From the NCBI RefSeq assembly GCF_006345805.1, contig NC_043002.1:100626001-100690000 (forward strand): a DNA stretch of 64,000 bases. Reading direction: 5' to 3'. How positions within the stretch are numbered: position 1 is the first letter of the stretch; every line of letters starts with the position of its first letter. This stretch comes from Octopus sinensis (lineage: Eukaryota). The position numbers and the translations under genes are program-made. The notes beneath the pieces were generated by a model. The model did no database searches and was not told the origin of the DNA. It was given only the letters and a program-made list of their open reading frames with translations. This document shows positions 38,390 through 52,622 of this stretch, in pieces.

Positions 38390-38592
38390 TCCAGTGAGCC
38401 CAGAACAGTGCAAACACAGAGGGGCAGCCATCCAGTTTATTGTGATGGACCATGACTTCATGTTCCAAAACGACATTGGTGGGGAAGCTTATATCCCACT
38501 TAGTGAAATCCCTGGTGTTAACGGAGCGGAAGTGACTGGATTCGAGGCCTTGAATATAATCTCCATGCCACTAATGCACCCTAGACACAAAG
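38390..38592 (+). CDS. BAIAP3: BAIAP3-like C2B exon: (F)PVSPEQCKHRGAAIQFIVMDHDFMFQNDIGGEAYIPLSEIPGVNGAEVTGFEALNIISMPLMHPRHK
   Basis: ttttcttttacag acceptor, G|gtgagt donor, 203 nt (phase 2 to 1). Contains the VMDHD....ND.GEA C2 loop-3 motif; overlaps ORF 38394..38813. Confidence 0.93.
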
Positions 38593-38718
38593 GTGAGTTA
38601 CAAAGCCCCAGTCATTTGCAAAACTTTTTTTTTTGTAGTCGTTCCATTGATCTTATATGTGCCTGTCTGTGTCTGCTTATGTCTCCATGTTGTCTCTGTA
38701 TATCCTATAACTTAGTTA

Positions 38719-39110
38719 TCTCTCTATATATAAAGCTGAAGTTGTCTGTGTGTGGCAGGTTTGGTAGCCTTCAACTAACACTATCTCCTTCGAGACCCTG
38801 CGGCGCAAGTTGACCAAAATTGAGAGTATGATAGAAGAAAGCTTGCTCTTCATTCCGTAGAAGATAAAATTCAAATCGGACCATGTTAAGACCAAAAATT
38901 ATTTACATCAAAAAGGTGCTTTTTTTCTATGAAAATCCCTATTTTTTACGATTTTTTGACTGCTGTGTCGCCATTTTTCGGTGTATTTCAACCAGAAAGA
39001 TATTCACTTAAAGAGAATAATAAGCTACATAATGCACAATTTATACTTTTCAAAAATTCCAATTCTAAAGGGTCGAAACAAACCCGAGTAACGCCGGGCG
39101 ATACTGCTAG
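38719..39110 (+). mobile_element. Non-autonomous Helitron
   Basis: A|TCtctctatatataaag ... cccgagtaacgccggg...CTAG|T. Confidence 0.8.
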
Positions 39111-39520
39111 TAGGGTATATAATGTTCGATAAATGATATTCGACAAATTATAAACCAAATGAAAAGAAGCACTCGGATTGAAATGATCGATTAATTCCCA
39201 TAAAGGTAGTGCCCCAGATTGGCCGCAGTCTTATGACTAAAATACTGAATAAGTAATAATATGTGTGTGGATGGAAGGATGGATGCTAGTTGTTTTCGTC
39301 AGCAAACCCAAGATCTTGATGGAGCCTTACCTTGTATATATGTGTATGTGTGCGTTTGTGTTCGATCGTTTGTGCGTGTGTGAGAGCTTACCTTCATCAG
39401 GATAAAGTACTCAATACTGAAAATTGAGTGCAATATTTATTGTGGCGATGAAGTCACACTGTTACCATTCAGCGTTTCACGTATCTGGCTATGAGACCTG
39501 GTATTTATAGCAAGACAAAA

Positions 39521-39751
39521 GGCGGCGAGCTGGCAGAAACGTTAGCACGCTGGGCGAAATGCGTAGCCGTATTTCGTCTGCCGTTACGTTCTGAGTTCAA
39601 ATTCCGCCGAGGTCGACTTTGCCTTTCATCCTTTCGGGGCCGATAAATTAAGTACCAGTTACGCACTGGGGTCGATATAATCGACTTAATCCGTTTGTCT
39701 GTCCTTGTTTGTCTTCTCTGTGTTTAGCCCCTTGTGGGTAGTAAAGAAATA
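39521..39751 (+). mobile_element. SINE family C monomer
   Basis: TSD ggtatttatagcaaga (39500-39515 / 39752-39767). Confidence 0.88.
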
Positions 39752-40699
39752 GGTATTTATAGCAAGATATTCATGAGTGATCAGTTGTTATGTGGGAAAT
39801 GATACGAAGTAGTGTTTATATTTAAGGTATTAATATAAGTGTAGCCAAAGTGAAAGAAAAATCACGATGACTAATAACATCTTCCTATACAAAGTACACA
39901 CTCTGGAACTCCGTCGGTTACGACGAGGCGTCGTCCAGTTGATTCGATCAACCCGCTCGTGAAATTGATATTCGTGAGGCTGGGCACTCCACAGACACGC
40001 GTACCTTAAAGTAATTCTCGGGTAGATTCAACGTAACACAGAATCTGACAAGGCAGGCACATTGTAATACAAGTACTACTCGTTTTTGCCAACTGACTGG
40101 ACTAGAACAACATGAAATAAAGTGTCTTGCTCAAGGACACAACGTACTGCCCGAAATCGAACTCATGACCTTAAGATCGTGAGCCAAATACCCTAACCAC
40201 TAAGCTACACACCTTCACAGTACACACACACAATTGTCACATACGCATACACCAATTCATTTCATATGTACATCTGCACTTACATAGTCACACATGGATA
40301 TGAGCGCACGTTCGCACGCAGACGCACACGCACACACACACACCGGTTTATCCAGCTCTTTCCCGTGGTTATTGGTCGTCTATCTATCTTTATATCAATA
40401 TATCTAACGAGCAAGCATTACGTTTGAATAAATGTCTATTTATTCGTCATTTTGAATTATGTCTACGTACTAGATTTGTCCTTACATTTACTCATGCTTA
40501 ATCACGCCCCCCCCCACCACCATCACACGAAGATGTTTATATAGCCAACTGCATAAGAGTACGGCTGTGCGGTAAGAAGCTTGATTCTCAACCACATGGT
40601 TCCGGGTTTAGTCCCGCTGCGTGGCACCTTTGGCAAATGTCTTCTACTGTAGCATCGGGCCGACCAAATTATTATGAGTGGATGTGATAGATATATATA

Positions 40700-41087
40700 T
40701 ATCTTTTACTCTCTTTTACTTGTTTCAGTCATTTGACTGCGGCCATGCTGGAGCACCACCTTTTAGTCGAGAAAATCGACCCCGGGACTTATTCTTTGTA
40801 AGCCCAGTACTTATTCTATCGGTCTCTTTTGCCGAACCGCTAGATGACGGGGACGTAAACACACCAGGGGGCTAAACACAGACACACAAACACATACACA
40901 CACACACATATATATATACATATATACGACAGGCTTCTTTCAGCTTCCGCCTACCAAATCCACTCACAAGGCATTGGTCGGCCCGGGACTATAGCAGAAG
41001 ACACTTGCCCAAGATGCCACGCAGTGGGACTGAACCCGGGACCATGTGCTTCGTTAGCAAGCTACTTACCACACAGCCACTCCTGCG

Positions 41088-41088
<1 letters not shown>
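40700..41088 (-). mobile_element. SINE family A, full length
   Basis: Reverse complement of the 20721-type element. Further copies at ~34200-34685, 35295-35580, 43990-44225, 48150-48525, 50459-50835, 52020-52415, 59369-59622, 59900-60330 and 63755-63915. Confidence 0.85.
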
Positions 41089-41166
<78 letters not shown>

Positions 41167-41170
41167 GTTA

Positions 41171-42684
41171 GGGAGCGCAAAAAATGCAACTCTTGAAATT
41201 GGTAACCAAGAATCGATATTTTGTTGCGAATTAGGATTTTTAAAAACGCATATAAAGAACTTTGCGGTTTAATATTTTTTTCAGACTCCGCAGCGCAACA
41301 GAAAATTTTAAAAACCGCTATTTTGGGTCAAAGTTTGGATTTTATGGATTATAGGTCGTAATGAATACATACTGCTACAAACTAGAATGCAAAACAGTAA
41401 ATATAGCATTCTTAAGAGATTGCACATCAAGTTTCAGTAAAATTCACTAATACCTTGAGGTTCCGCATTGGCTATAAAGCGAACGAGAGTGTGAGCTTCT
41501 CTCCAGTGCAGTTGCAACGGTCGTTGCATGTGGACGTAGGTCGTACGTGTGAGAAGTTTTCTGCTTTGTACCTTCAGTTTAGGTCATTGTATCAAAATTA
41601 ATGATCCTGTTAAATTTAGTGTTGTTTACATTTAGTGATGACTCAAAAGCCAATAATGCATTAAGATACTGAATGCCCAATATTTGGTAATCCATGAGAT
41701 CTTAGCGAGCAAGTTTTGCCAACTTACAAGGACGTACTAAAATGTATTTTATTTGAACGAGAAAAAGAAAAGAATGTAGTTAAGAAAGATCCTTCAATTA
41801 CACAAATTGTCGAGATTGTAACAGAAAATATAATTCTTCTTTGGCAAAAGGCATTTAACCCTTGTGTTACGATTGAGTCAGTTAAACCAAAAATCTTAAA
41901 CTTTTATGTAAAGTACCATGCATTACTAAAATCTATGAAAAATAGAAAAAAATGTGCCATCATTTTAAACAAAGAGTAATGTGTTCAAAAACAATGCAAC
42001 AAAAGATTTATTTGACATTTCCTGTTGCAAGTGCAAATCCTTTTAAAACTGCAATTGTAGTAGAGACAAAGTACCTCAGAGAAAACAAGGTATTTTACAG
42101 GATCAACGGACAATCATTGGCAGAATAGATCAAGCAGTATTTAAACAGGGCGTTCAGTGGCCGATTAGAAAGAATCGGCCAGATCAGAGTCGCCCTTCTA
42201 CATCAGCAAAGGAAAGTAAGATTTTTCGGTTTAACTTACTCAAATTGTCAAAATTGTTGCAGAAAAAATAATTGTTTAATTTATTTTAATATGTGTGGTA
42301 ACCAAGACCTCATTTAACACATATATTCGGTGACTTTGTTTTCATTATTTTTAATACTAAGTCGAAAAGTCTATTTAGTTCACATAATTTTGAAGTTTCA
42401 AGTGCGTTGCGGAGCCAAAAAATATAAATTTTAGAGTTTGGGACTTTAACACTATTGTTTCTAAAGGATGTTGCAAAAGAAAATTGATACGTAACAATGA
42501 ATATAAAAATAATTGATTTTTCGTTCATTATTCATAATTTCAAGTGGACTGCGGAGCCTAAAGACATAAATTTAAGAACTTCAGATTTTAACACAGTTGT
42601 TTTTAAAAAATTTCACAATACAAAATATATTCTTAAAAACATATATCGAAAATCTGCATAAAAGATACCTTTTTCGCTCCAACC
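41171..42684 (+). mobile_element. Deleted DNA transposon in (TA)n carrying an N-terminal transposase remnant (~41638-42130)
   Basis: Imperfect TIRs (ta)gggagcgcaaaa / ttttcgctccaacc(ta). Broken ORF CPIFG..DL.E.VLPTYKDVLK...LWQKA..P...LFDISCCKC...C.C...KVP...DQR, a Cys-rich motif seen in invertebrate DNA transposases. Superfamily not assigned. Confidence 0.6.
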
Positions 42685-42685
42685 T

Positions 42686-42731
<46 letters not shown>

Positions 42732-42738
<7 letters not shown>

Positions 42739-43875
42739 TACATACAAACATATATGTACGTACCGACATCTACATGTATATATACATGCATATATAAATA
42801 TATATATACGTGCAGGACATCACAAGAAGACGAAAAAATCAACAGAACGAAAACGGAGAAGACATTTTGTTACAACAGAAGGACAGAGACGTGGAACAAG
42901 ACGAAACGAAAACGAAAAAGGGAAAAACAATTATGTGCAGCAGAAAAACGAAGTACAGGACATGCTACACAAGGAAAAATCCCCTTCATCAGCTGTCGCT
43001 AGCAGACACGTGTTTCGAAGGCAGAGACAGAACACGTAAGGTCAAGCTAGGCCTTCCTACGAGAGAATTAAAATAAAATAAACTTGTAGAGGGGTAAACG
43101 AGCAAGAAAAAATGTAACACAAAAAGGGACGTAACAAAGAACTGCACAAAAAATACATACAAGAAAAAAATAATACAAAATTGAAGATACATGTACACGA
43201 AAATACATAACGAGAATTAAATTACAATACAAGAAATCAAAAATAAACAAGAGAACAAACGAAAAAGACGAACGGAAGCCTTTGTTCTGGCATGAACGAG
43301 AGGGTAACTGGCGAGCGCGAGGAAACATGACCTTATGGCCTGAATGCAACAGGCGGGAAGGTTTAGCAGTGACGAAAGTGAGGAGGAGTAGGAGAGAGAG
43401 AGACAGACAGATAGAGGAAGACACAGGCTAGAGAGAAGGGTGAGGTAGAGAGAGCAAGAGAGAGAGAGAGGGGAAGTTAAAGCAATGTGTTACATTTTTT
43501 CTTGCTCGTTTACCCCTCTACAAGTTTATTTTATTTTAATTTTCTCGTAGGAAGGCCTAGCTTGACCTTACGTGTTCTGTCTCTGCCTTCGAAACACGTG
43601 TCTGCTAGCGACAGCTGATGAAGGGGATTTTTCCTTGTGTAGCATGTCCTGTACTTCGTTTTTCTGCTGCACATAATTGTTTTTCCCTTTTACGTTTTCG
43701 TTTCGTCTTGTTCCACGTCTCTGTCCTTCTGTTGTAACAAAATGTCTTCTCCGTTTTCGTTCTGTTGATTTTTTCGTCTTCTTGTGATGTCCTGTACGTA
43801 TATATATATTTATATATGCATGTATATATACATGTAGATGTCGGTACGTACATATATGTTTGTATGTATGCATAT
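42732..43875. mobile_element. (TA)n-embedded element with ~390-bp near-perfect inverted arms (42732-43120 / 43486-43875), Penelope pLTR-like
   Basis: Mirror ORFs 42734+ / 43873-; arms contain the hammerhead half-motifs gaaacacgtgtc and ctgatga. Confidence 0.65.
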
Positions 43876-43989
43876 ATTTTATTTATTACACTATTGTCTG
43901 ACAGCGCTTCGCGTCGGGTTCGTTTGAATTTTCGATTTTTCGAATTCTCACTTCGTTCCGTTCCCTCCTCTTTGTCCGTTTTTACAGTT

Positions 43990-44022
<33 letters not shown>

Positions 44023-46775
44023 ATGTGCGTGTTTACCCCCTCCGCCATCGTTTGATAACCAATGCTGGTGTGTTTACGTCCCCGTAAGCAAGCAGTTCGA
44101 CAGAAGAGACCGATAGAATAAACACCAAGCTTACAAAGAATAAGTTCAGGGGTCGATGTCTTCGATTAAAAGACAGTGCTCCAGCATCGCCAGTCAAATG
44201 ACTGAAACAAGTAAAAAGAATAAAAGTGTATAAACATACATTACACACACACATATCCTAATGTTGTTTCTGAGTTTGTGTATAAATATAGTACACGCAC
44301 ACACTACTATCTATCTCTCTTTGTGTGGTGGTGGATTTAGCAAATTTCAACATACATGAGAAAGTTATTTTTCCCATTTATTATTTTGGCAATGAAAATT
44401 ACCAAAGGCTGACAACAACAACCAGAAGTCAATGCACTGCTAGAGGTTGGTGACTACATATTTTGGCTACGTTTTACTGACAGATATTTGGAAAGTTACC
44501 AAACTGCAGTAGTTGTACAGATGGTGACATTACGCTGCCTGAATATTTGCCAGAGGGAAGAAAAAAAAGCCAAATCATATTTATGAAAATATATAATAAA
44601 AACGCGGAAGAAAGAACTTGACCTTTAATTATTCCAGCTGGAAATTCCTCATGTCTTATATATTTTGGATTGACTGCGGATATGATTATCTGTTGACCTT
44701 ACTGGTTATTGTATTTGTGTGGTACCAGTGAATATTTTGTCTTTATGGACGAATTTTATGAAAATTATATAGAAAGGTTTTTGCGATCGACTTCTTCCGT
44801 GACCTGTGACAGGATTTAAGCTCGGCACTTCAGGCTAATGTCAATTATAGTGCCACCACTTACTGCAGTGAAAAATGTTGCGAGTGACCGAATTGTTGAC
44901 GTGTTGGCTAGTCAGTTAGACTGAGATTTGGCAGTACATATCGTGTTTGTGGCAAATTTACGTAGCTTCTCGACCTACTACAAAGAGCAGCCAAATATTT
45001 CTTTTATCACAGCGACAGAGATTAAATATCTACTACAACTAATAGCAACCAAATTTCCTCTATCGACTGTCTTATAGCCATCCTACTTAACTGTCTGTGC
45101 TCTAATTAAAATTACCAAAAAAGAAAAACAAATAGGTACCATGGGAAGATGTATCTCACATCTATTGTAGTTGATTAGTTTTAAATGGACACTGATTAGG
45201 AAAACTTGTGTTCAAAGGGACTCCAGCTTTAACAAATTTCTTTATTTTAAGGGACTACATTATCCAATGTGTTCTTTTGTTAAGGTCAGAGTCTGGGTCG
45301 ACAAAAGTTGTGTGCATGAGTATTTGTGTCGCTGTATCATGATATAATGCGATAGTTTAAGTAAGCATCACTATCACACAAGCGAGGGTGTCTCACATTT
45401 AATGGTTGGACACAACGAACGATCATAGATCTGCTAAAACAAAATAATACAAGCGTATGTGGAAATCGTCTATACCACCGTATTTTCCACAATCACACGA
45501 ATATGTATATCTGTTCTATAATAATCATATTCCGTATGTAAGTACGTAGTTCGAGTCGACTTGTTTATTCAAGCAGACCCATGATCAATCGTGTCCAACC
45601 ATGAACATCACGACTTGTTTGCAAAGAGTTCCTTTACGGTTTACGTCATCAACTGTTGTTATTATTTTGAAAGAATGTTTGAGGGAAATTTGGCTGCTAT
45701 TTTTTGCAAGGTGAATGAGATGTAGCTGCTCTGGATTCCGCTCATATGTATGTCTTTGTTGATAGATGTAAAGATGTGTGCCTCTTTGTATGTGTGTGTG
45801 TGTGTGTTCATGTAACTGATGTCTCCCGGCTTCAATATCTTGTAGAGAAATAACGTATTCTCGTCCGTTATATTTGACGTTAACTGACCAGTGGTCGTGA
45901 TCTCTTGGGAAAGACATCACAGAATAAGAAGAGGAATTCATAATAATAATGATATTAATAATAATGATCAGAAAAAGAACAACAACAACAACAATCCATG
46001 CTTCGGGTGCAGTAATGAAGAGGGCAAAATTGAAATACGCATCTCGCTAGATTGCTTAAGTCAGGCAAGAAATCCCTCCACGCGCTCAAGCACGCACGCA
46101 CATACATTTACACACACACGCGCACATACTCTCTCATACACACACACATTATATATATATTTATATATATATATAGCAGGGATAATCGTTCATGGCAGAA
46201 ATATCTCAGTGACACCCATTTATTACAACAAAAGCAATAAGAGGGAAATGTTATGATTTACCGTAGGCAGTGAGATTTCCTGTAGACTGCAATTTTGAAG
46301 AGGTCATCTCTCAGGTCACCACGTCCTGGACATATTTAGCATCTCCTTTAAACTCTATTTAATGGATTCTCCTTTGCAAGTACTGTCCCTCCATCTCCCC
46401 TTTCTCTCTCTCTCTCTCTCTCTCTCGTTTTCTCTTTCTTTCTACTTTACGTAAACTTACTTTTTCTTCATACTATAATTTTCATGCGAATGCTTTCTAC
46501 ATTTCGTCTGTCACAAAACAGCCATTATTTCTTTCCCCTCTTCTCTCTCTCTCTCTCTCAATTTGTCTACCTTCCTTCTATATTCTCAGAAATTAACGTT
46601 TATATTTTAAATGTGAGATTTAGAAACACGAATTTGTATCCGGCGAAGTATAAATGGAAATATATACCCACATGTATACATACATAGAAACATACCTACA
46701 TACATACACCCACACGCATGTGTATCCAATATGATTTTCGAGTGTTTTTCTGTCTAAGTCTTAAATCTTAAGATT

Positions 46776-46814
<39 letters not shown>

Positions 46815-47109
46815 CATGTCAGTCAATGCAGTTATAATAATGAAGGGAATTGTTAAAGAAAAGACAAGCAGCAAAGATGGTACAGAATGTAGATAAATCA
46901 TAAATACAAGAGCTTTCTGTCCCACCCTCTTTCCACCCCATTTGCACCCTCGTTCTTTTTGTTTTGTTTTGATTTTTTTACATCATCTTTGTCTTCACGT
47001 CATATTACCGTCATCATTAATGACATCGCTGTTACGACCATCACCGCCACCACAGATATTATTCCCATCATCATCATCATTAACTTAGTCTTTATTATTT
47101 TTATTAATA

Positions 47110-48080
47110 AGCCAGCGAGCTGGCAGAATCGTTAGCACGCCGGGAGAAATGTTTTGCAGTATTTCGTCTGTTGCTACGTTCTGAGTTCAAATTCTGCCGA
47201 GGTCGACTTTGCCTTTCATCTTTTCAGGGTCGATGAATTAAGTACCAGTTGAGTACCGGGGTCGATATAATCGACTTAATCCCTCTCCCAAAATCTCAGG
47301 CCTTATACTTACAGTAGAAACGATGATTACAATTAATATTATTATTATTATTGTTATTATTCAAAGTGGCGAGCTGGCAGAATCGTTAGCACGCCGGGGG
47401 AAATGCTTAGCGGTATTTCGTCTGTCGTTACATTGTGAGTTCAAATTCCGCCGAGGTCGACTTTGCCTTTCATCCTTTCGGGGTCGATAAATTAAGTAAC
47501 AGTTACGCACTAGGGTCGATGTAATCGACTTAATACATATGTCTGTCTTTGTTTGTCCCCTCTATGTTTAGCCCCTTGTGGGTAATAAAGAAATAGGTAT
47601 TTCGTTTGCCGCTACGTTCTGAGTTCAAATTCCTTTCGGGGTCGATTAAATAAGTACCAGTTACGCACTGGGGTCGATATAATCGACTTAATCCGTTTGT
47701 CTGTACTTGTTTGTCCTCCCTGTGTTTAGCCCGTTGTGGGTAGTAAAGAAATAGGTATTTCTCCCGTCGTTACACTCTGAGTTCAAATTCCGCTGAGGTC
47801 GACATTACCTTTCATCCTTTCGGGATCGATACATTAAGAACCAGTGAAACTAATATCACCACCACGAAGGCTGCGAGCTGACCGAATAGTTAGCAAGTCG
47901 GGCAAAATGCTTAGCGGCATTTCGTCTGTCTATACGTTCTGAGCTCAAATTTCGCCGAGTTCGACTTTGCCTTTCATCTTTTCGAGGTCGATAAAGTAAG
48001 TACCAGTTAAACGCTGGGGGTCGATGTAATCGACTCGTGCCCTCCCCTCCAAATTGCTCACCTAGTAGCAAAAATTTGAA
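47110..48080 (+). mobile_element. Cluster of SINE family C copies and tail variants
   Basis: Three gcgagctggcagaa / gcgagctgaccgaa heads and several ggtattt-starting units. Confidence 0.8.
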
Positions 48081-51000
48081 GCCATTACCATTATTACCAC
48101 AAAGAATGATCAGCATCACTATGATCATCAACATCGTCATTATTGCTATTACTCTTTTACTTTTTTTACTTGTTTCAGTCATTTGACTGTGGCCATGCTG
48201 GAGCACCGCCTTTAGTCGAGCAAATCGACCCCTGGACTTATTCTATCCGTACCCTTTTTGCCGAACCGCTAAGTTACGGGGACTTAAGCACACCAGCATC
48301 GGTTGTAAAGCGATGTTGGGGGGACAAACACAGACACACAAACACATACACACATATACATATATACATATACAAATATACAACAGGCTTCTTTCAGTTT
48401 CCGTCTTCCAAATCCACTCACAAGGCTTTAGTCGGCCCGAGGCTATAGTAGATGACACTTGCCCAAGGTGCCACACACGGAACCATGTGGTTGATAAAGC
48501 AAGCTACTTACCACACAGCCACTCCTACACCTATTACCAACCGTAACAGCAACAGCAGCGTACGATTACCACCACCACCTCAACTGCTATCATCAGTAGT
48601 GACTACTATCACCATTACGTCCACCATCACTATGAAAAACCATCATGTCCACCAAAAACATCAACATGGCCGCCACCGCCATCACTATTATCGTCACCGT
48701 CTCTGTCGTCCACCACCACTAACAACAACAACAACAACAACAACAACGACACTATTATCACAACCACCTTCACCATTATCATTACCTTCACTACCAACAC
48801 CAACATCACCGCCGCCATCATATCCAACAACGCCACCAATAATTACATCACCGACAAGAGATGTTCGTGTTAGCTTATTGCTGTTGGAAATAGTCAACAC
48901 TGAAATGACGGTTATTATTGAATGGACTGTTTGTTGTTTTTGTTGTTGGTGGTGTAGGTGGTGGTGGTGGTGGTGATGGTGGTGGTGGTGGTGGTGGTGG
49001 TGGTGGTGGTGGTGGTGGTGGTGGTGACAGCGGCGGTGAATATTGCGGAGGAGGAGCAGCAGCAGCAACGACAGGTTGTTGATGATGCTCATCTCATGAT
49101 CGAGAAAGTGGAGATGTTGACGACGACGGAGGCGGCGGCGGCGACGGCGACGGCTTTGATACGTCGCGACGCGGCAGTCGCGCGTAGGTAGGTGGCAGCG
49201 GTGTTGGTGGTAGGATCTTGAAGGTAGTCATTAGGGTGTTATGATGATGATGATGATTAGGAGAAGGAGAAGACGACGAGGATACTCCTTGATCACGGTG
49301 ACATTTGTCGTGGTGGTTGCGGTGGTAGTGGTTTAGTAGGTGGTTGTTAAAAATTGCAATGGTGGTGGTGGTGGTTTTATGCGACAATCATGCAACTGGA
49401 AGTGAGAGGTGGTGGTGGTGGTGGTTGAAAAGTGGTCGTTAGTGATTATAATGAAGGAGGAGCGGTAACGGTGATGGTGATGTGGTGATGATGATGATGA
49501 TAATGGTGGTGATGGTGGCAGTGATGTTTTATGTGATGTTGATGCAGGTAGTAGTGAGAGATAGTGGCTGAGAGGCGGTCGTTAGTGGTCGTTACCGGGG
49601 TGGCTAGGGGGGATAATAATGATGTGGGGGGAGGGGATTGAGGGGGAGGGTGCGGTTCATTAGAATTAGTGATTAGAGGAAGGTTGTTTTTGATGGTGTA
49701 GTGGCAACGGTAAATCTCAAAACAGAACTGGTGAAGTAGAGGTGGGGGTGTTGGCGGAGGTGGGACGGGGATAGGATTGGTGAGAGCGCAGTCCGGTGGG
49801 GTGATGCTGGACGAGGTGGAGGAGTCTCACCTCAAGCAGATGTCTCTTGTCTCCTTGACATCACCGAGACTTCATCATCACCACACCTATAGACACGACT
49901 ATCCCACACCATTGGATACAACTGCCAACCATCACCACTGCGACCTGACTACCACCACCACCACTACCACCACCACCATCTACGAATGTTCGATAAGGCC
50001 ACACCCATTGACATAACTACCTTGCACTACGGTCATCAAAGCTACCACCATCACCATCCATCGGACCCTTACATGGTCACTCAACTTGCAAGAAATAATA
50101 ACTAAATCTCACTCAAATCAGATTCTATCATCTTTAAAAAAAAAATGTACCAGGGTTGGCATACACATTTATGCTTTATTTAAGCATAGTAAGTTACCCA
50201 TTACTCAAGCATAAATTGAAACACTTATTTGCAAAAAGGGTTGAAAATGTATAACGCTCCCTATCATTTTTTTTTTTCTTTTTGTTCAATTTTTCACTCT
50301 TGATTAAATATGGCGGTTCATATAAAACACGAACAAATTGTAACGTTGAATATGGCTGGTTTAAAGACCTGGAAAGTGATAAAGCGGTTGAAAAAGAGGA
50401 TAAAAGGTTATGGTGAGAGGAAATAGTAGCCGTTTTCAATGATGTAAAATATTTTCAATAGGCGTGGCTGTGTGGCAAAAAGTTTGCTTCCCAACCACAT
50501 GATTTCTGGTTCATTCCCTCTACGTGGTACCTTCGGCTAGTGTCTTCTACTATAGAATCGGGCCGACCAAAGCCTTGTGAGTGGATCTGGTAGACGGAAA
50601 CTGAAAAAAGCTCGTCGTACATACATATGTGTGTGTGAGTGTGTGTGTCCACCATTGCTTGATAACTAATGCTGCTGTGTTTACGACCCCGTAACTTAGC
50701 GGTTCGGCAAAAGAAAACGATAGAATAAGTAATAGGCTTACAAAGAAAAGTCTTGGGGTCGATTTCTTCGACTGAAACCCTTTAAGGCGGTGCTCTAGCA
50801 TGGATGCAGTCAAGTGACTGAAACATGTAAAAGAATGTGTGTGTGTGTGTGTATGTGTGTGTGTGTTTCTATCTATGTTCGTTCCTCAAAACCGCTTGAC
50901 AACCGGTGTTGGTGTCTTTACATCCTTGTAAGCTAGGGGTTCGGCAAAAAAAGACCAATAGAAAAGTACCGAGGTCGATTCGTTCGACTAAGAAATTCTT

Positions 51001-51267
51001 CAAGAATGGTCACAGTCACATGACTGACACAATTAAAAGATGAAAAAAGAAAAATTACAATCAACTTTTAAAATCAGGCCCTTTTCTTTCTTCAGTCGAG
51101 TTCCAATTCCGAATGACCTGTCCTTGTTTTCTTTATATCGTCTATTTGGATGTTTTGTTGTCCCCTTTTTTGTATCACCTAACGGCCTGGGTGTTTTGCG
51201 TTCTTGTCCCATTTTGTATTAGTTACATATATATATATATATATATACATGCGTACGTACACTTTGG

Positions 51268-51312
<45 letters not shown>

Positions 51313-52622
51313 ATATATACCGCAGCCGGTACACATTGATAAATATGCTTTGGGGTTTCTAGCAGATGGTGAAAACAGGATGCTCACAAATGGATTGTCT
51401 TTTGATCATAAGTCAGTTAGATAAGGGTTTGACCAGGTGCTAAACAATTACTACAATAACCGTTATTGTTATGGCTACTCCCACCATCATCACTACAATT
51501 CATAACCTCCCTCCCCATCATTGTCACCATGGCGAACAGTAAGGCCACACCCAATGACACCACCACCATCACCACCACTACTTTCATTACTGCCCCTTCA
51601 CAACGACTACTTCTTATGAGTCTTATCCGTTTCCCGCCGCCCCACTCCCGTGAATAACAAGTTCCATAGAACACCTTTCACATGGCAGCACCCTATACAG
51701 CTGTACACCAGTTCCAACCACCCACGCGTCCACATATTTATATCCTGGCCCTACAAAGACATTAACAATTGCAAGAATACCACCCCACCACTCTGCACCG
51801 CGCTGCTTGCACGCAACACTCGAGAACAACCATTCTATTCAATTCATCACATACAATGATGTCATTAACGCAACCGCCATCACCACCGTCACCACCAACA
51901 CCTTCATCACCACTGGCCAGCCAAAGAATCTTGACGTAGTCATGCGATCCGCTAGAAATAGCAGCCAAATCTCCAAGTCATACTCTACCCTACCTGTGTT
52001 TTAAATGATAGTTTTTGTCTTTCAGTTGTTTCCGTTATTGGCCTGCAGCCATGTTGGGGCACTGTCTTGAAAGATTTAATTAAACAAATCGACCCCGATA
52101 CTCCGGTACTCTCTTTTTCCATTTTTTTTTTACTGGTACTTATTCTATCGCTCTCTATTGCCGAACTGCTGTGTTACGTGGATGTAAAGAAACCAATACT
52201 GACTGTCAAGTGATGGTAGGGGACAGACAACGTAAATACACATACATGCACACATACGACGGACTTCTTTGTTTCCTTCTGTCAAATCAACTCATAAGAC
52301 TCAGGTCAGCCCAGGGCTATAATAAAAGACACTGCCCAATGTGCCACACTGTGGCACTGAACCAAAGACCACATGGTTGGGAAGCAAGCTTCTTACCCAC
52401 ACAGCTACGCCTGCGTCTATGTGGACAATAATGTAATCTTGAGTTTACCCAACACAGGAAAAAGATAGGACGTTCAAAGCTGGGATACCTGATGAAAGGT
52501 CTGCTCTGTCAGGATCGACTTGAGGCTAAGTGTAACAAAGCCATCATCACTGCTAGGAAAACTACCACCAACACCACTAATATCTAAACATCAATATCAT
52601 TACCGGCATCAGTATCTGCAAC

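Noticed and set aside
48452-49560. Pro/His/Thr/Val-rich ORFs (also 26815-27149 and 32464-32700)
   Set aside because: Degenerate trinucleotide repeats with no domain motifs or splice support.
49831-49890. Minus-strand exon-like segment (tatag ... GAG|gtgaga)
   Set aside because: Stops in all three frames and no partner exons.
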